Source of the DNA: an uncultured Clostridia bacterium
GTDB taxonomy: Bacteria > Bacillota > Clostridia > TANB77 > CAG-508
NCBI GenBank assembly: GCA_934178555.1
Contig: CAKPQL010000003.1
Span: forward strand, 13,374 to 77,373
Direction: 5' to 3'
Length of the DNA stretch: 64,000 nt
Position 1 is the stretch's first letter; each line of letters starts with the position of its first letter. Shown here one piece after another: positions 9,933 through 21,950 of the stretch. The notes beneath the pieces are model-generated. The model had not been told where the DNA came from, searched no databases, and saw only the letters and a list, made by a program, of their open reading frames with translations. The position numbers and the translations under genes are program-made.

Positions 9933-12497
9933 TTATGCTGTAATCCATTTTACCAAATTTAGGTTAGCACTGTCAAGTAGCATTTCATGTTTCGGCATCA
10001 CTCTAAATGTATATCCATAATCTCCTCCTGTTAAAAGTTTTACTTTTGCCTCATATGTATATATCTTTTCGTCTTTATTTGACTCTACTAATTCCATAGG
10101 TACTATTCCTATATTTTCCAATATACCATTTTCCATAACTTTACCATAATATACTTGTGCTTCTACATTTGCTGGTAATATATTAGGTAATTTTACAGTA
10201 CATCTTACTTGTATTTCTTCTCTAGCATTTATTGTAATGTTATCCAAATTATCTATTTGTTTTATCTCTATATCATTCCAATTTGCATACAACTCTTCTT
10301 TAAATTTATTATATTCTGCCACTTTATCTAATGTGTTAAAATAATTATTTGTCAAATTGCATAATGGCATATATAGTTTTTCTACATAATCTATAACCAT
10401 TCTTGATGTGCTATATTTTGCCCCAGTAGAAATTATTGAATTTTTCATAATAGTTAACCATTCATCTGATATACCTTCTTGATTTCTATTATAATATATT
10501 GGTACTATTTTATTTTCCAAAGTATTGTATAAGCTATCGCTATCAGATAAATCTTGTGATTCATAAGAATCATAATCTGCATTTGTTCCAATTGCCCAAC
10601 CATTCTTTAAATTGTATCCTTCAGCCCACCATCCATCTAGAACACTAAAGTTTACAACTCCATTTATGGATGCTTTTTGTCCACTTGTACCAGAAGCCTC
10701 CATTGGTCTTCTTGGATTATTTAACCAAACATCAACGCCAGAAACTAAATATCTTGCAATATTCATATTATAATTTTCCAACACAAATATTTTTCCTTTA
10801 AATTGTGGCATCATAGATATTTCATTTATATATTTTATCAAATCTTGTCCTTCTTTATCTGCTGGATGTGCTTTTCCTGCAAATATTATTTGAACTGGTC
10901 TTTCCTCATCATTTAATATCTGTGTTATTCTTTCTAAGTCTTTAAATATTAATGTTGCTCTTTTATATGTTGCAAATCTTCTAGCAAATCCTATTGTTAA
11001 TGCATCTGGATTTAATTTTGATGTTATTTCTTTTATTTGCTCGTATCCCATTCCATTACGTTTTAATCTATTTGTAACATTTTCCTTGACAAGCTGTAAT
11101 AATCTTTCTTTTCTAAATTTATGTTCATTCCATAATTCTTTGTTTGGTATATTTTCTATCTTTTTCCAAGTATCTTGATTGTATATTTCATCTTGCCAAT
11201 ATGGATCCAAATATTTATTATATAGCTCTTTTAAATTAAATGCTAACCATGAGCAAGTATGTACACCATTTGTTATATAAGTAATTGGTGATTCATTTGG
11301 AGCTATATTAGGCCATACATCCCCAAATAATTCTCTTGAAACTGCTCCATGTAATTTACTTACTCCATTTTTCTTGCCTGCAACTTTTAAAGCAAGTATA
11401 CCCATATTAAATTTATTTTCCAATTCTTCTGTTGGTTTCATTCCAAGTTTTAAGAACTCTTCTCTAGATAATCCTAATCTTGGCCAGAAATTTCTAAAAT
11501 ATTTTTCTACTAAATCTATTGGGAACATATCATTTCCGGCAGGAACTGGTGTATGAGTTGTAAATACAGTTTTTGCTGTTACCATTTCTCTTGCTATGTT
11601 AAAAGATACTTGTTTTTCTTCCATTATATTTTTTATAAGTTCTAATACTAAAAATGATGAATGTCCTTCATTCATATGATATACTGTTGGATTTAAGCCC
11701 AAAATTTTTAACAATTTTGTTCCAGCCATACCAAGAACTATTTCTTGTCTTATTCTCATTTCTTGGTCTCCACCATATAAATGTAAAGTAACATTTCTAT
11801 AATCTTCTCTGTTTTGCTCTATATCTGAATCTAATAAGTATAAAGTTATTCTTCCAACATTAATTTTCCATACTTTTAAATATATCTTATCTTCTGGAAA
11901 TTGAACATCGATAATTAAATCTTCGCCGTTTTCTTTTTTTACTGGTAATATTGGTAAAACTGTCATATCTATGTTTTTATATTCTGTTTCTTGATTTCCA
12001 TATGCACCTATTTTTTGCCAAAAATAGCCATTCTTATATAACAAGCCAACCGCTACAAAAGGCAATCCCAAATCACTTGCTGATTTTAGATGATCTCCTG
12101 ATAATATTCCAAGCCCACCTGAATATATTGGTAATATTTCATCTAATCCATATTCTGCAGAAAAATATGCTATCAAATTATTTTTTGCATTTGGATATTT
12201 TTTATTGTACCAAGTATTTTTACTATTCATATAGTCATCAAAATTTGAAACTACTCTATCATATTCTTTTAAAAACTCTGCATATTTTGTTACATTTTCT
12301 AATTTAGTTTGGTCTACACACTTTAAAAACTTAACAGGATTTTTTTCACATCTTTCCCATAAATCAATATCAATTGTTTTAAATAATTTCAAAAAATCAG
12401 TATTCCAAGCCCACCATACATTGTTTGCAATCTTTGATAAATCCTTTATTCTCTCTGGTAATTGTGGGGTTACAGTTATTTTATTAAATATATACAT
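9933..12497 (-). CDS. glgP: alpha-glucan (glycogen/maltodextrin) phosphorylase, GT35 family
   Basis: 854 aa, with alpha-glucan-phosphorylase length and conserved blocks (e.g. ...GTSGQKASINGV...). An imperfect hairpin terminator at 9850-9900 lies downstream. Confidence 0.8.
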   Translation of the reverse strand: MYIFNKITVTPQLPERIKDLSKIANNVWWAWNTDFLKLFKTIDIDLWERCEKNPVKFLKCVDQTKLENVTKYAEFLKEYDRVVSNFDDYMNSKNTWYNKKYPNAKNNLIAYFSAEYGLDEILPIYSGGLGILSGDHLKSASDLGLPFVAVGLLYKNGYFWQKIGAYGNQETEYKNIDMTVLPILPVKKENGEDLIIDVQFPEDKIYLKVWKINVGRITLYLLDSDIEQNREDYRNVTLHLYGGDQEMRIRQEIVLGMAGTKLLKILGLNPTVYHMNEGHSSFLVLELIKNIMEEKQVSFNIAREMVTAKTVFTTHTPVPAGNDMFPIDLVEKYFRNFWPRLGLSREEFLKLGMKPTEELENKFNMGILALKVAGKKNGVSKLHGAVSRELFGDVWPNIAPNESPITYITNGVHTCSWLAFNLKELYNKYLDPYWQDEIYNQDTWKKIENIPNKELWNEHKFRKERLLQLVKENVTNRLKRNGMGYEQIKEITSKLNPDALTIGFARRFATYKRATLIFKDLERITQILNDEERPVQIIFAGKAHPADKEGQDLIKYINEISMMPQFKGKIFVLENYNMNIARYLVSGVDVWLNNPRRPMEASGTSGQKASINGVVNFSVLDGWWAEGYNLKNGWAIGTNADYDSYESQDLSDSDSLYNTLENKIVPIYYNRNQEGISDEWLTIMKNSIISTGAKYSTSRMVIDYVEKLYMPLCNLTNNYFNTLDKVAEYNKFKEELYANWNDIEIKQIDNLDNITINAREEIQVRCTVKLPNILPANVEAQVYYGKVMENGILENIGIVPMELVESNKDEKIYTYEAKVKLLTGGDYGYTFRVMPKHEMLLDSANLNLVKWITA

Positions 12498-12654
12498 TCT
12501 AATTCCTCCTTGGTAGTTTTATAACTTTTTTCCTTTGTAATTTTTTGTCAAACATAAATTAATTATCTATTAAATTAATATATTTGTCAAATGATTTTTC
12601 TATAATTTTTATTTTTTTTTATTTTGTGATATAATGTTTTTAGGAGGGATTATT

Positions 12655-13146
12655 ATGGATAATATTGTAGATACTCGTTACACATTTATTATGGCATATG
12701 CTAATAAAATTTTATCTTTAAAAAGTAAGTTACCAAAAGCTAAAACAAACTATGAAATAGAACATATAAATTCTGCAATTGACAATTATAAAGCTTATAT
12801 AGATAAATATACAGACAACTCTTCAGGTTATATTTTAACTTGTGTAAAAAAAATAAACCTTGTTAAACAAAACCTCAATGTTGAACAAAATGAAAATAAA
12901 AAAGAAATTTTAGAATGTGCATTAAAAAAATATATGAATAATATAAAATCACATATCTCTACAAAACAGTTTAATGCTACTCCAACCCAATTTAGGGATA
13001 ATCAAAAAGTAAACATTAGTCCTATGCTCCAAGTAGCTGAAATAAGTAAAATGTGTGAAGAACATCAGCAAGAATTAAAAGAAGCTAATCAAAATCAAAA
13101 ACAAATTTTTCGCAATTTTAGAAATTCTGCTGGTTCTGAGAGATAA
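12655..13146 (+). CDS. hypothetical protein
   Basis: The ATG at 12655 follows a GGAGGG RBS (12643-12648) and an extended -10 (tgtgatataat). 163 aa, no recognisable motif. Confidence 0.5.
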   Translation: MDNIVDTRYTFIMAYANKILSLKSKLPKAKTNYEIEHINSAIDNYKAYIDKYTDNSSGYILTCVKKINLVKQNLNVEQNENKKEILECALKKYMNNIKSHISTKQFNATPTQFRDNQKVNISPMLQVAEISKMCEEHQQELKEANQNQKQIFRNFRNSAGSER

Positions 13147-13248
13147 AACCAGATAATTTAATATTGTTTTAAACAAAAAATCAACCAGATTTCATTTCTC
13201 TGATTGATTTTTTATTTATCTGTTTTATTAGTTAGATTAAATATTTTA

Positions 13249-13606
13249 TGGTGGAGATGAGGAGGTTCGAACTCCTGTCCAAATATTCTTCCATATTAAC
13301 TTCTACGAGTGTAGTTTATTTTTTACATTCCCTTAAATTAGCGTTAATAAACAAACTCTAATTTTTAGTAGCCTTTAAAATACCTACTACTTCCAAGGCA
13401 AAAGTAGCTTTGTTTCCCACTCATTCGACGCCTTATTCATAACCGTGGGACTTTATGATAAGACGACACCGCAACTTAGGCAGCGTAAGCTAATTCTTCG
13501 TTATTAGCGTTTACTTTTTTTCTCACATTTTTTAGGTGGCCAAGCGAGAAATCCACCACTCGCTATTAATACTTCTAAATATCTGTCGAAACCAAATACA
13601 TCCCCA
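13249..13606 (-). ncRNA. ssrA: tmRNA (ssrA)
   Basis: The minus strand starts GGGGATGTATTTGGTTTCGACAG (13606 downward) and ends ...GGACAGGAGTTCGAACCTCCTCATCTCCACCA at 13249. The internal tag ORF GCT AAT AAC GAA GAA TTA GCT TAC GCT GCC TAA encodes a tag ending ANNEELAYAA. Confidence 0.85.
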
Positions 13607-13734
13607 TATATTGTATATGTTATTATACATCATACTAAATTATATTACAAGGATTTTTATGCTAAATCTATTTACAAAATTTTCATAAAGTGGTATATTG
13701 TTAACATAACATTATTTTATTGGAGGTATCACTC

Positions 13735-14871
13735 ATGAAAAAGATTTTACGGTTAGTTCTATCCTTTATTGCATCAATCTTATCTATATTGCTGTGTAGC
13801 TGTGCGAAAGTTCAAAGCATTTCCCCACAGTCAGCAATAAAAGAAACTCCTATTGAAACTACTACTTTAGTTTCAAATGATTCAGTTGTTTTTCAAACTG
13901 AATTCGGCACTTCTGTAATCGACTCGGTGGTTTCTGATATAAAATCTGCCAAGGCTTCTGCAGAAGTAAGCAACACTTTACAAGGCCAAACAAAAGAGAC
14001 AGAACTATCTACTACAGCAACACCAGAACCGGCTTTACCAATACGCACCCAAAATGGAATTGAAATTTGTATTGAGGATTCTGACTTTCAGATTTCAAAA
14101 AACTCAATCAAAAAGTTAAATTCCATATACACGACCTATTCTGGCACTAATATTGCGTGGGGTCTTTATTCTTTAAAAGATGATTCTTATATCTCTTTTA
14201 ACAAGGATACTGAATTTACCTCTTGTTCTACAATTAAAGTAGTATATTCTTTATACTGCTTAGAAAAAGTAAAAGAAGGTAAAGCCTCACTAGATGATGT
14301 GTTAGTATATGACAAGACAAAGCATCATTACAACTCAACCACAGCATCAAAGTCTACAATTGCAAAATTAGGTCGTTCAAAATTTACATTAAAGGAAGTT
14401 ATTTATTATACTTTATATGTAAGTGATAATGATGCCTACATGATGCTTCTTTATTATTTCGGTTTTGATGACTTTAATGACTATGTAGCTTCTTTGGGAA
14501 GTACTACAGAGTTAAGTTCTTCAATGCTTTATGGTCATGCAACTGTAGAAAACAGATCAAAAGAATGGAAACAGATTTATTCTTTCTATAACGAAGACGA
14601 TGAAGTTTCCGACTTCTTTAAGACGACTTTGTTAGACGCAAAATACGGATATATAGAAGAAGGTTTGGCATCTTTGGGTTATAATACTGCTCACAAAAGC
14701 GGTTGGTCAAACAAATATGGTGCTGCACATGACTGTGCAATAGTATATTCCGAAAACGGAGAATATTTGATGATTATCTTAACTCAAAAGTACAACTCCA
14801 AACCCCAGAGCGACTTAGTAAAAAAACTCGCTCCTGTTCTTGATGAAATTTGGTCAAATTCTAATTGTTAG
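13735..14871 (+). CDS. lipoprotein, class A beta-lactamase-like serine hydrolase
   Basis: The ATG at 13735 follows a GGAGG RBS. Lipobox LLCSC. Motifs S-T-I-K (SxxK), SDN (VSDNDAY) and KSG (HKSGWS) are in class A beta-lactamase order. Confidence 0.6.
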   Translation: MKKILRLVLSFIASILSILLCSCAKVQSISPQSAIKETPIETTTLVSNDSVVFQTEFGTSVIDSVVSDIKSAKASAEVSNTLQGQTKETELSTTATPEPALPIRTQNGIEICIEDSDFQISKNSIKKLNSIYTTYSGTNIAWGLYSLKDDSYISFNKDTEFTSCSTIKVVYSLYCLEKVKEGKASLDDVLVYDKTKHHYNSTTASKSTIAKLGRSKFTLKEVIYYTLYVSDNDAYMMLLYYFGFDDFNDYVASLGSTTELSSSMLYGHATVENRSKEWKQIYSFYNEDDEVSDFFKTTLLDAKYGYIEEGLASLGYNTAHKSGWSNKYGAAHDCAIVYSENGEYLMIILTQKYNSKPQSDLVKKLAPVLDEIWSNSNC

Positions 14872-14887
14872 ACAAAGGGAAGCACTT

Positions 14888-16213
<1,326 letters not shown>

Positions 16214-16289
16214 TCATTGAGACATAAAAGGTGTAAAAAATATAAATTGGTTATTGTGTTTTACATTTATCTATGATATGATATTTAGC

Positions 16290-16565
16290 AATAAGTAAAA
16301 AAACTGTGAAAAAGAGGAGTAAGTTTATTTCTGCTTTATAGAGAAAAGAAGTCGTGGGCTGTAAACTTCTTAAGATTAGAATAAACTGAAGGTAGCTTTG
16401 GAGTTGATATAGTGAATAAATAAGTAACTATATTCGTTTTAGCAACGTTAAAAGCTTTTTTAAGATATTATAAAATAATTTATAATAAATTAAGGTGGTA
16501 CCGTGGAGAAACCTCTGCCCTTATATATTGGGTAGAGGTTTTTAATTTCACATTATCCACCTAAA
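16290..16565 (+). promoter_or_regulatory. T-box riboswitch leader of valS
   Basis: AATTAAGGTGGTACCGTGGAG (16490-16510) matches the T-box consensus. It is followed by the terminator hairpin aaacctctgccc...gggtagaggttt plus a T-run (16510-16548), immediately upstream of valS. Confidence 0.75.
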
Positions 16566-16584
16566 AATATAGGAGGTAATCTAT

Positions 16585-19233
16585 ATGTGTAATGAATGCG
16601 AGCACAAGTTAAATGACAAATTTAATCCCAAAGACTTTGAAGACAAAATTTATAAAGATTGGTTGGATAAGAACTACTTTAAACCAAGTGGAAATAAAGA
16701 AAAGGGTTCATATTCTATTGTTATGCCACCACCAAATATAACAGGTAAACTTCATATGGGTCATGCATTAGATGAAACTTTACAAGATATTCTTATAAGA
16801 TATAAAAGAATGTGTGGATACAATACTTTGTGGGTACCAGGAACAGACCATGCAGCCATAGCAACAGAAGCTAAAATAGTTGAAAAATTAAAAAAAGAAG
16901 GATTATCTAAAGAAGATTTAGGCAGAGATGGATTTTTGGAAAAAGCTTGGGAATGGAAAAAAGAATTTGGTGGAACAATAACTAACCAATTAAAAAAATT
17001 AGGTGCATCATGTGACTGGAATCATGAGCGTTTTACTATGGATGAAGGTTTATCAGAAGCAGTAAAACATGTATTTATAAAATTATATGAAAAAGGATTA
17101 ATTTATAAAGGAAAAAGAATGATAAATTGGTGTCCATATTGTAATACTTCTATCTCTGATGCAGAAGTTGAATATGAAGAAGAACCAACTCATTTATGGC
17201 ATATTAGATATAAAATTACTGGCACAGATAAATATATAACAGTAGCTACAACAAGACCAGAAACAATGCTTGGTGATACAGCTGTTGCTGTTCATCCATC
17301 TGATGAAAGATATAAAGATATAATAGGAAAAACATGTATCTTACCTATTATGAATAAAGAAATCCCTATTATCGCAGATGAATTTGTAGAAAAAGAATTT
17401 GGTACAGGTTGTGTAAAAATCACACCAGCTCATGATCCAAATGACTATCAAGCAGGTTTAAGACACAATCTAGAAATTATAGAAGTTTTTGATGAAAACT
17501 GGAAAATGACTAATTTGGTTCCAGAATATAATGGGCTAGATATGTATGAAGCAAGAAAATTAATAGTAAAAAAACTAGAAGAATTGGGTGCTTTAGTAAA
17601 AATAGAAGACTATAATCACAATGTTGGAAAATGTTATAGATGTCATAATACTGTAGAACCTAAAATCTCAGAGCAATGGTTCGTTAAAATGAAACCTTTG
17701 GCTGAACCTGCAATTGAAGCCGTAAAAAATGGAAAAATAAAATTTGTACCAGAAAGATTTGATAAAATATATTTTAACTGGATGGAAAATATACAAGATT
17801 GGTGTATCTCTCGTCAGTTATGGTGGGGGCATAGGATACCAGCATATTATTGTAAAGACTGTGGAGAAATAATGGTATCAGAAGAATTTCCTAATAAATG
17901 TACAAAATGTGGAAGTTCAAATATTTACCAAGATGAAGATACTTTGGATACTTGGTTTAGCTCTGCATTATGGCCATTTTCAACATTGGGTTGGCCAGAA
18001 CAAACTGAAGATTTAAAAACATTTTACCCTACAAATGTATTAGTAACAGGATATGACATAATATTTTTCTGGGTAGCAAGAATGATTTTCTCAGGATTAG
18101 AGCATATGGGAGAAATTCCTTTTGATACAGTATTTATTCATGGTATAGTAAGAGATAGCCAAGGAAGAAAAATGTCAAAAAGTTTAGGAAACGGAATTGA
18201 CCCACTAGAAATTATAGATAAATATGGAACAGATGCATTAAGATTTTCTTTAGTATTAGGTACATCTCCTGGAAATGATATAAGATATATGCCAGAAAAA
18301 TTAGAATCAGCTGGTAACTTTGCCAATAAAATATGGAATGCTGCAAAATTTGTTCTAATGAATTTAGAAGATTACAAACCAGAACCTCTTGATAGAAATA
18401 ATCTATGCTATGAAGACAAATGGATATTATCTAAGTTAAACAATTTATGTAAAGAAGTAAATACAAACTTAGAAAACTTTGATTTAGGAATAGCTTTAGA
18501 AAAAATATATAATTTTATATGGGATGAATTCTGTGATTGGTATATAGAAATAGTTAAACCAAGATTATATGATAAAGAAAATAGTACGAGAAGAACAGCA
18601 CAATATATATTAAATAAAGTTTTATGTGATTCTCTAAAACTATTACATCCTTTTATGCCATTTGTTACAGAGAAAATATATAAAGAATTATATAATGATA
18701 CTGAAAGTATTATGATAGCAGAATATCCTATATATAAAGAGGATTTAAACTTTTTTAAAGAAGAAGAAGATATTGAACAAATAAAAGAAGTTATAACTGG
18801 AATAAGAAATATTCGTACAAAAATGAATGTTCATCCATCAAAAAAATCTACATTGATATTTATAACGAAAGAATTTAAAGATTTAATAGAAAAATCTGAT
18901 TCATTCATTAAAAAATTAGGATTTGCAGACAATATAAAAATTATTCCTGAAAAAACTGATATACCACAAAATGCAGTTAACATAGTAACATCAAAAATGG
19001 AAATATTTATACCATTCGAAGATTTAGTTGATATAAAAGAAGAAATAGAAAGATTAGAAAAAGAAAAATCAAAAATTTTAATTGAGAAAGAAAAAACAGA
19101 TAAAATGCTTTCTAACCCAGGATTTGTTGCCAAAGCTCCTGCAGCAAAAGTAGAAGAAGAAAAACAAAAACTTACAAAATTTAATGAAATGATAAAATCA
19201 ATAGATGAAAGATTAATGAATTTAGAAAAATAA
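16585..19233 (+). CDS. valS: valyl-tRNA synthetase
   Basis: 882 aa. PPPNITGKLHMGHAL (HIGH), KMSKSLGN, C-terminal coiled-coil. Confidence 0.95.
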   Translation: MCNECEHKLNDKFNPKDFEDKIYKDWLDKNYFKPSGNKEKGSYSIVMPPPNITGKLHMGHALDETLQDILIRYKRMCGYNTLWVPGTDHAAIATEAKIVEKLKKEGLSKEDLGRDGFLEKAWEWKKEFGGTITNQLKKLGASCDWNHERFTMDEGLSEAVKHVFIKLYEKGLIYKGKRMINWCPYCNTSISDAEVEYEEEPTHLWHIRYKITGTDKYITVATTRPETMLGDTAVAVHPSDERYKDIIGKTCILPIMNKEIPIIADEFVEKEFGTGCVKITPAHDPNDYQAGLRHNLEIIEVFDENWKMTNLVPEYNGLDMYEARKLIVKKLEELGALVKIEDYNHNVGKCYRCHNTVEPKISEQWFVKMKPLAEPAIEAVKNGKIKFVPERFDKIYFNWMENIQDWCISRQLWWGHRIPAYYCKDCGEIMVSEEFPNKCTKCGSSNIYQDEDTLDTWFSSALWPFSTLGWPEQTEDLKTFYPTNVLVTGYDIIFFWVARMIFSGLEHMGEIPFDTVFIHGIVRDSQGRKMSKSLGNGIDPLEIIDKYGTDALRFSLVLGTSPGNDIRYMPEKLESAGNFANKIWNAAKFVLMNLEDYKPEPLDRNNLCYEDKWILSKLNNLCKEVNTNLENFDLGIALEKIYNFIWDEFCDWYIEIVKPRLYDKENSTRRTAQYILNKVLCDSLKLLHPFMPFVTEKIYKELYNDTESIMIAEYPIYKEDLNFFKEEEDIEQIKEVITGIRNIRTKMNVHPSKKSTLIFITKEFKDLIEKSDSFIKKLGFADNIKIIPEKTDIPQNAVNIVTSKMEIFIPFEDLVDIKEEIERLEKEKSKILIEKEKTDKMLSNPGFVAKAPAAKVEEEKQKLTKFNEMIKSIDERLMNLEK

Positions 19234-19240
19234 TAAATTA

Positions 19241-19287
19241 GGACAGCCTTAAAAGTTCACATTTAAAAGAACTTTTAGGACTGTCCC
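19241..19287. terminator. bidirectional terminator between valS and glmU
   Basis: Inverted repeat ggacagccttaaaagttc ... gaacttttaggactgtcc flanked by A/T runs on both sides. Confidence 0.65.
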
Positions 19288-19302
19288 TTTATTTTAAAAA
19301 TT

Positions 19303-20562
19303 TTATTTTTTATTCCAATCTTCTTTGTTTGTTTGTCTTTGTCTTGCTATTGCTAATGCATAATCTGGAACATCATCTGTTATTGTAGAACCTGCTGCAA
19401 CAAAAGTATTATTTCCTAATGTTACTGGTGCTACTAAATTTGTATTTGAACCTATAAATGAGTTATCTCCTATTATTGTCTTACTCTTGTTAAATCCATC
19501 ATAATTACATGTAATTGTTCCGCAACCAATGTTTGTTTTTGCACCAATTTCGCAATCTCCCATATAAGATAAATGTGGTACTTTTGTTCCCTCTGCGATT
19601 TTTGCTTTCTTTATTTCTACAAAGCTTCCTATTTTTACTTTATTTGCTAATTCACACCCTTCTCTTATATACGCATTTGGTCCTATTTCACAATCTTCTC
19701 CAATCTTTACTCCTGATTTTATAGTTGTATTTGGGTGTATTACTGTATCTGGTCCTATCTCTACATCATCATAAATGTATGCAGTATTTATATCTTCTAT
19801 TGTTACACCATTTCTCATATGCTCTGTATTTATTCTTAATCTTAATACTCTTGTTAATAACTCTAATTGCACTTTGTCATTTACACCTAATATTTCTGTA
19901 TTGTCTTCAACTATTACAGCACCAGTTTTTAACCCTTTATCATTCATTATTTTTATTACATCTGTTAAATAATATTCTCCTTGAGAATTATTTGGTGTAA
20001 TCTCGTCTAATGCTTTTAACAATTCTACAATGTCAAAACAATAAATTCCTGAATTTATTTCTTTAATTTCTCTTTGTATTTCTGTTGCATCTTTCTCTTC
20101 TACTATTGCTTTTACATTTCCACCTTCATCACGAATAATTCTTCCATATCCATATGGGTTGTCATATATTGCTGTTAATAGTGTAGCATATTCTTTTCTT
20201 TCTATACTTTTTTCTATTAAACTTTTTATTGTTGTTGGTCTTAATATTGGAACATCTCCATTTAAAATTACAACCTTTCCCTGTTTTCCTTTTAAATATT
20301 CTTTAGCCTGCATTACTGCATGACCAGTTCCAAGCATTTCCTCTTGATATGCATATTTTACTGTATCTCCCAAAACTGCTTGAACTTGCTCTTTTTGATA
20401 TCCTACTACCGCTATTACTTCATCAATTCCTGCTTTTTTAGCATTTTCTACTGCTCTTTTTACAAGTTCTTTTCCATAAATTTGATGTACTAATTTTGAT
20501 TTTTTAGATTTCATTCTTGTTCCTTTTCCTGCTGCCATTACTATAGCAATTGTATTGTCCAT
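19303..20562 (-). CDS. glmU: bifunctional UDP-GlcNAc pyrophosphorylase / GlcN-1-P N-acetyltransferase GlmU
   Basis: N-terminus AIVMAAGKGTRMKS (nucleotidyltransferase) plus C-terminal left-handed beta-helix hexapeptide repeats. Confidence 0.85.
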   Translation of the reverse strand: MDNTIAIVMAAGKGTRMKSKKSKLVHQIYGKELVKRAVENAKKAGIDEVIAVVGYQKEQVQAVLGDTVKYAYQEEMLGTGHAVMQAKEYLKGKQGKVVILNGDVPILRPTTIKSLIEKSIERKEYATLLTAIYDNPYGYGRIIRDEGGNVKAIVEEKDATEIQREIKEINSGIYCFDIVELLKALDEITPNNSQGEYYLTDVIKIMNDKGLKTGAVIVEDNTEILGVNDKVQLELLTRVLRLRINTEHMRNGVTIEDINTAYIYDDVEIGPDTVIHPNTTIKSGVKIGEDCEIGPNAYIREGCELANKVKIGSFVEIKKAKIAEGTKVPHLSYMGDCEIGAKTNIGCGTITCNYDGFNKSKTIIGDNSFIGSNTNLVAPVTLGNNTFVAAGSTITDDVPDYALAIARQRQTNKEDWNKK

Positions 20563-20620
20563 TTTTATTTCCTCCTTATAACTGGGTTATTATATATTAC
20601 GCGAATATATTTGTTATTAT

Positions 20621-21256
20621 TTAATCTTTTGCCAATGTTAAAACATCTATTTTTTGTACTCCACACTGTTTTAATATTTTGGCACATTCATTTACTGTAC
20701 TTCCGGTTGTATAAATGTCATCTATTAACAATATACTCTTGTTTTCTATCTTTTGTGAATTTGTTATTTTATATATTCCTAATACATTCTTTATTCTTTG
20801 AGTTTTATTTAGAGTACTTTGCGGTAAATTATTAACCTCTTTTACTAATATGTTATTATAATATTCTATATTAAATTTTTTTGCTAATTCTTTTGCTATT
20901 AGTTCTGATTGGTTATATCCTCTCTTCAATTTCCTTTTCTTATGTATTGGAACTGGTAGTATTATATCATAGTTGTTTTTTAAATTACAATTATTTATTA
21001 TAATTTCCGAAAAAAATTTATATAAATAAGACTTTTCATTAAATTTATATTGTAATATTTTTTCCCTAATGCCCTCCTCATACTTAAATAAATATGTATG
21101 GGAATCAAAATATTTGTCTTTATATTTTATGGTATTTAATTTTAATAACTTATTTAATCTTAATTTACATTTATTGCAAATATATGAATTACATATTTTT
21201 TCACACATGCCACAAGTTGTAGGATATATTAGTTCTAATATATTAATTTTAATCAC
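20621..21256 (-). CDS. comFC: ComF family competence protein (phosphoribosyltransferase domain)
   Basis: N-terminal CxxC...CxxC zinc finger plus PRTase motif ILLIDDIYTTGSTV. Confidence 0.75.
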   Translation of the reverse strand: MIKINILELIYPTTCGMCEKICNSYICNKCKLRLNKLLKLNTIKYKDKYFDSHTYLFKYEEGIREKILQYKFNEKSYLYKFFSEIIINNCNLKNNYDIILPVPIHKKRKLKRGYNQSELIAKELAKKFNIEYYNNILVKEVNNLPQSTLNKTQRIKNVLGIYKITNSQKIENKSILLIDDIYTTGSTVNECAKILKQCGVQKIDVLTLAKD

Positions 21257-21258
21257 CT

Positions 21259-21540
21259 CTATTCTAAAAAATATTTGTCATTGCCCCAATTAAATGGATT
21301 ATTTTCTATATATTCTAATATTTTTAAATATTCCTTCTCATTCCTTATTACATGTTCATAATAATTTCTTTGCCATATGGCTTTATTACATTCTTTATTT
21401 ATTAATCTTTTAAAAGTGGATATCAAAAATGGTATTTGTGCATTTGTAGGGGTCGGCGTCCTCGACGACCTTTTGTTACTTTCTTGAATAATACAAATCA
21501 TATGTACATGATTTGGCATAATAACATAATTATCTATTTT
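21259..21540 (-). pseudogene. REP-associated tyrosine transposase (RAYT / IS200-like TnpA) remnant, N-terminally truncated
   Basis: ...KIDNYVIMPNHVHMI... (HuH motif) ...IWQRNYYEHVIRNEKEYLKILEYIENNPFNWG matches E. coli RayT LPEHMHCIW...IWQPRFWEHAIRNTKDYRHHVDYIYINPVKHGWV. There is an in-frame stop just upstream (21541-21543), and no N-terminal third in any frame. Confidence 0.6.
21446..21470. repeat. GC-rich palindromic repeat (REP-like), copy 1, embedded in the RAYT remnant
   Basis: GTAGGGGTCGGCGTCCTCGACGACC in a 25% GC background. Shares TGTAGrGGnCGGCGTC with copies at 58172 and 59128 (reverse). Confidence 0.5.
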
Positions 21541-21731
21541 TTATATTGGAATTTTTTAGAATTAACTTTTAGAAAAAAAAGAGGACGAAACAAAAAATTC
21601 GCCCCCATATTAAATTACATATTTATTATATTTCACTTATGCTAATTTGTCAAACTTTCATTTCTTTATACTTTTGATATTTGCCTATTTTTATGATATA
21701 ATATATTTATTAAATTTTAGGAGGAAAATAT

Positions 21732-21947
21732 ATGTTCAAACGCAAATTAAAATTTCGGTTTACATCAAAGGTCTCTTTTTGGAAAAAGCTCCATTTAATT
21801 GACGTTTGTCGTAACACAAATCTTAACGCTTCTGGTTATAGTGATATTATAGCTCTTATTACATATGCAAAAAATAAGTATCACCTTAACTGCTCCATCA
21901 TCTTTTGTGATGGAATAACTACGTTTAGATTTGAGCCTATTCCTTAA
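21732..21947 (+). CDS. small basic hypothetical protein (71 aa)
   Basis: Strong RBS (taggaggaaaatatATG) and a hairpin terminator just downstream. Contains an in-frame CGG (TTT CGG TTT), unlike the native genes. Confidence 0.3.
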   Translation: MFKRKLKFRFTSKVSFWKKLHLIDVCRNTNLNASGYSDIIALITYAKNKYHLNCSIIFCDGITTFRFEPIP

Positions 21948-21950
21948 TCA

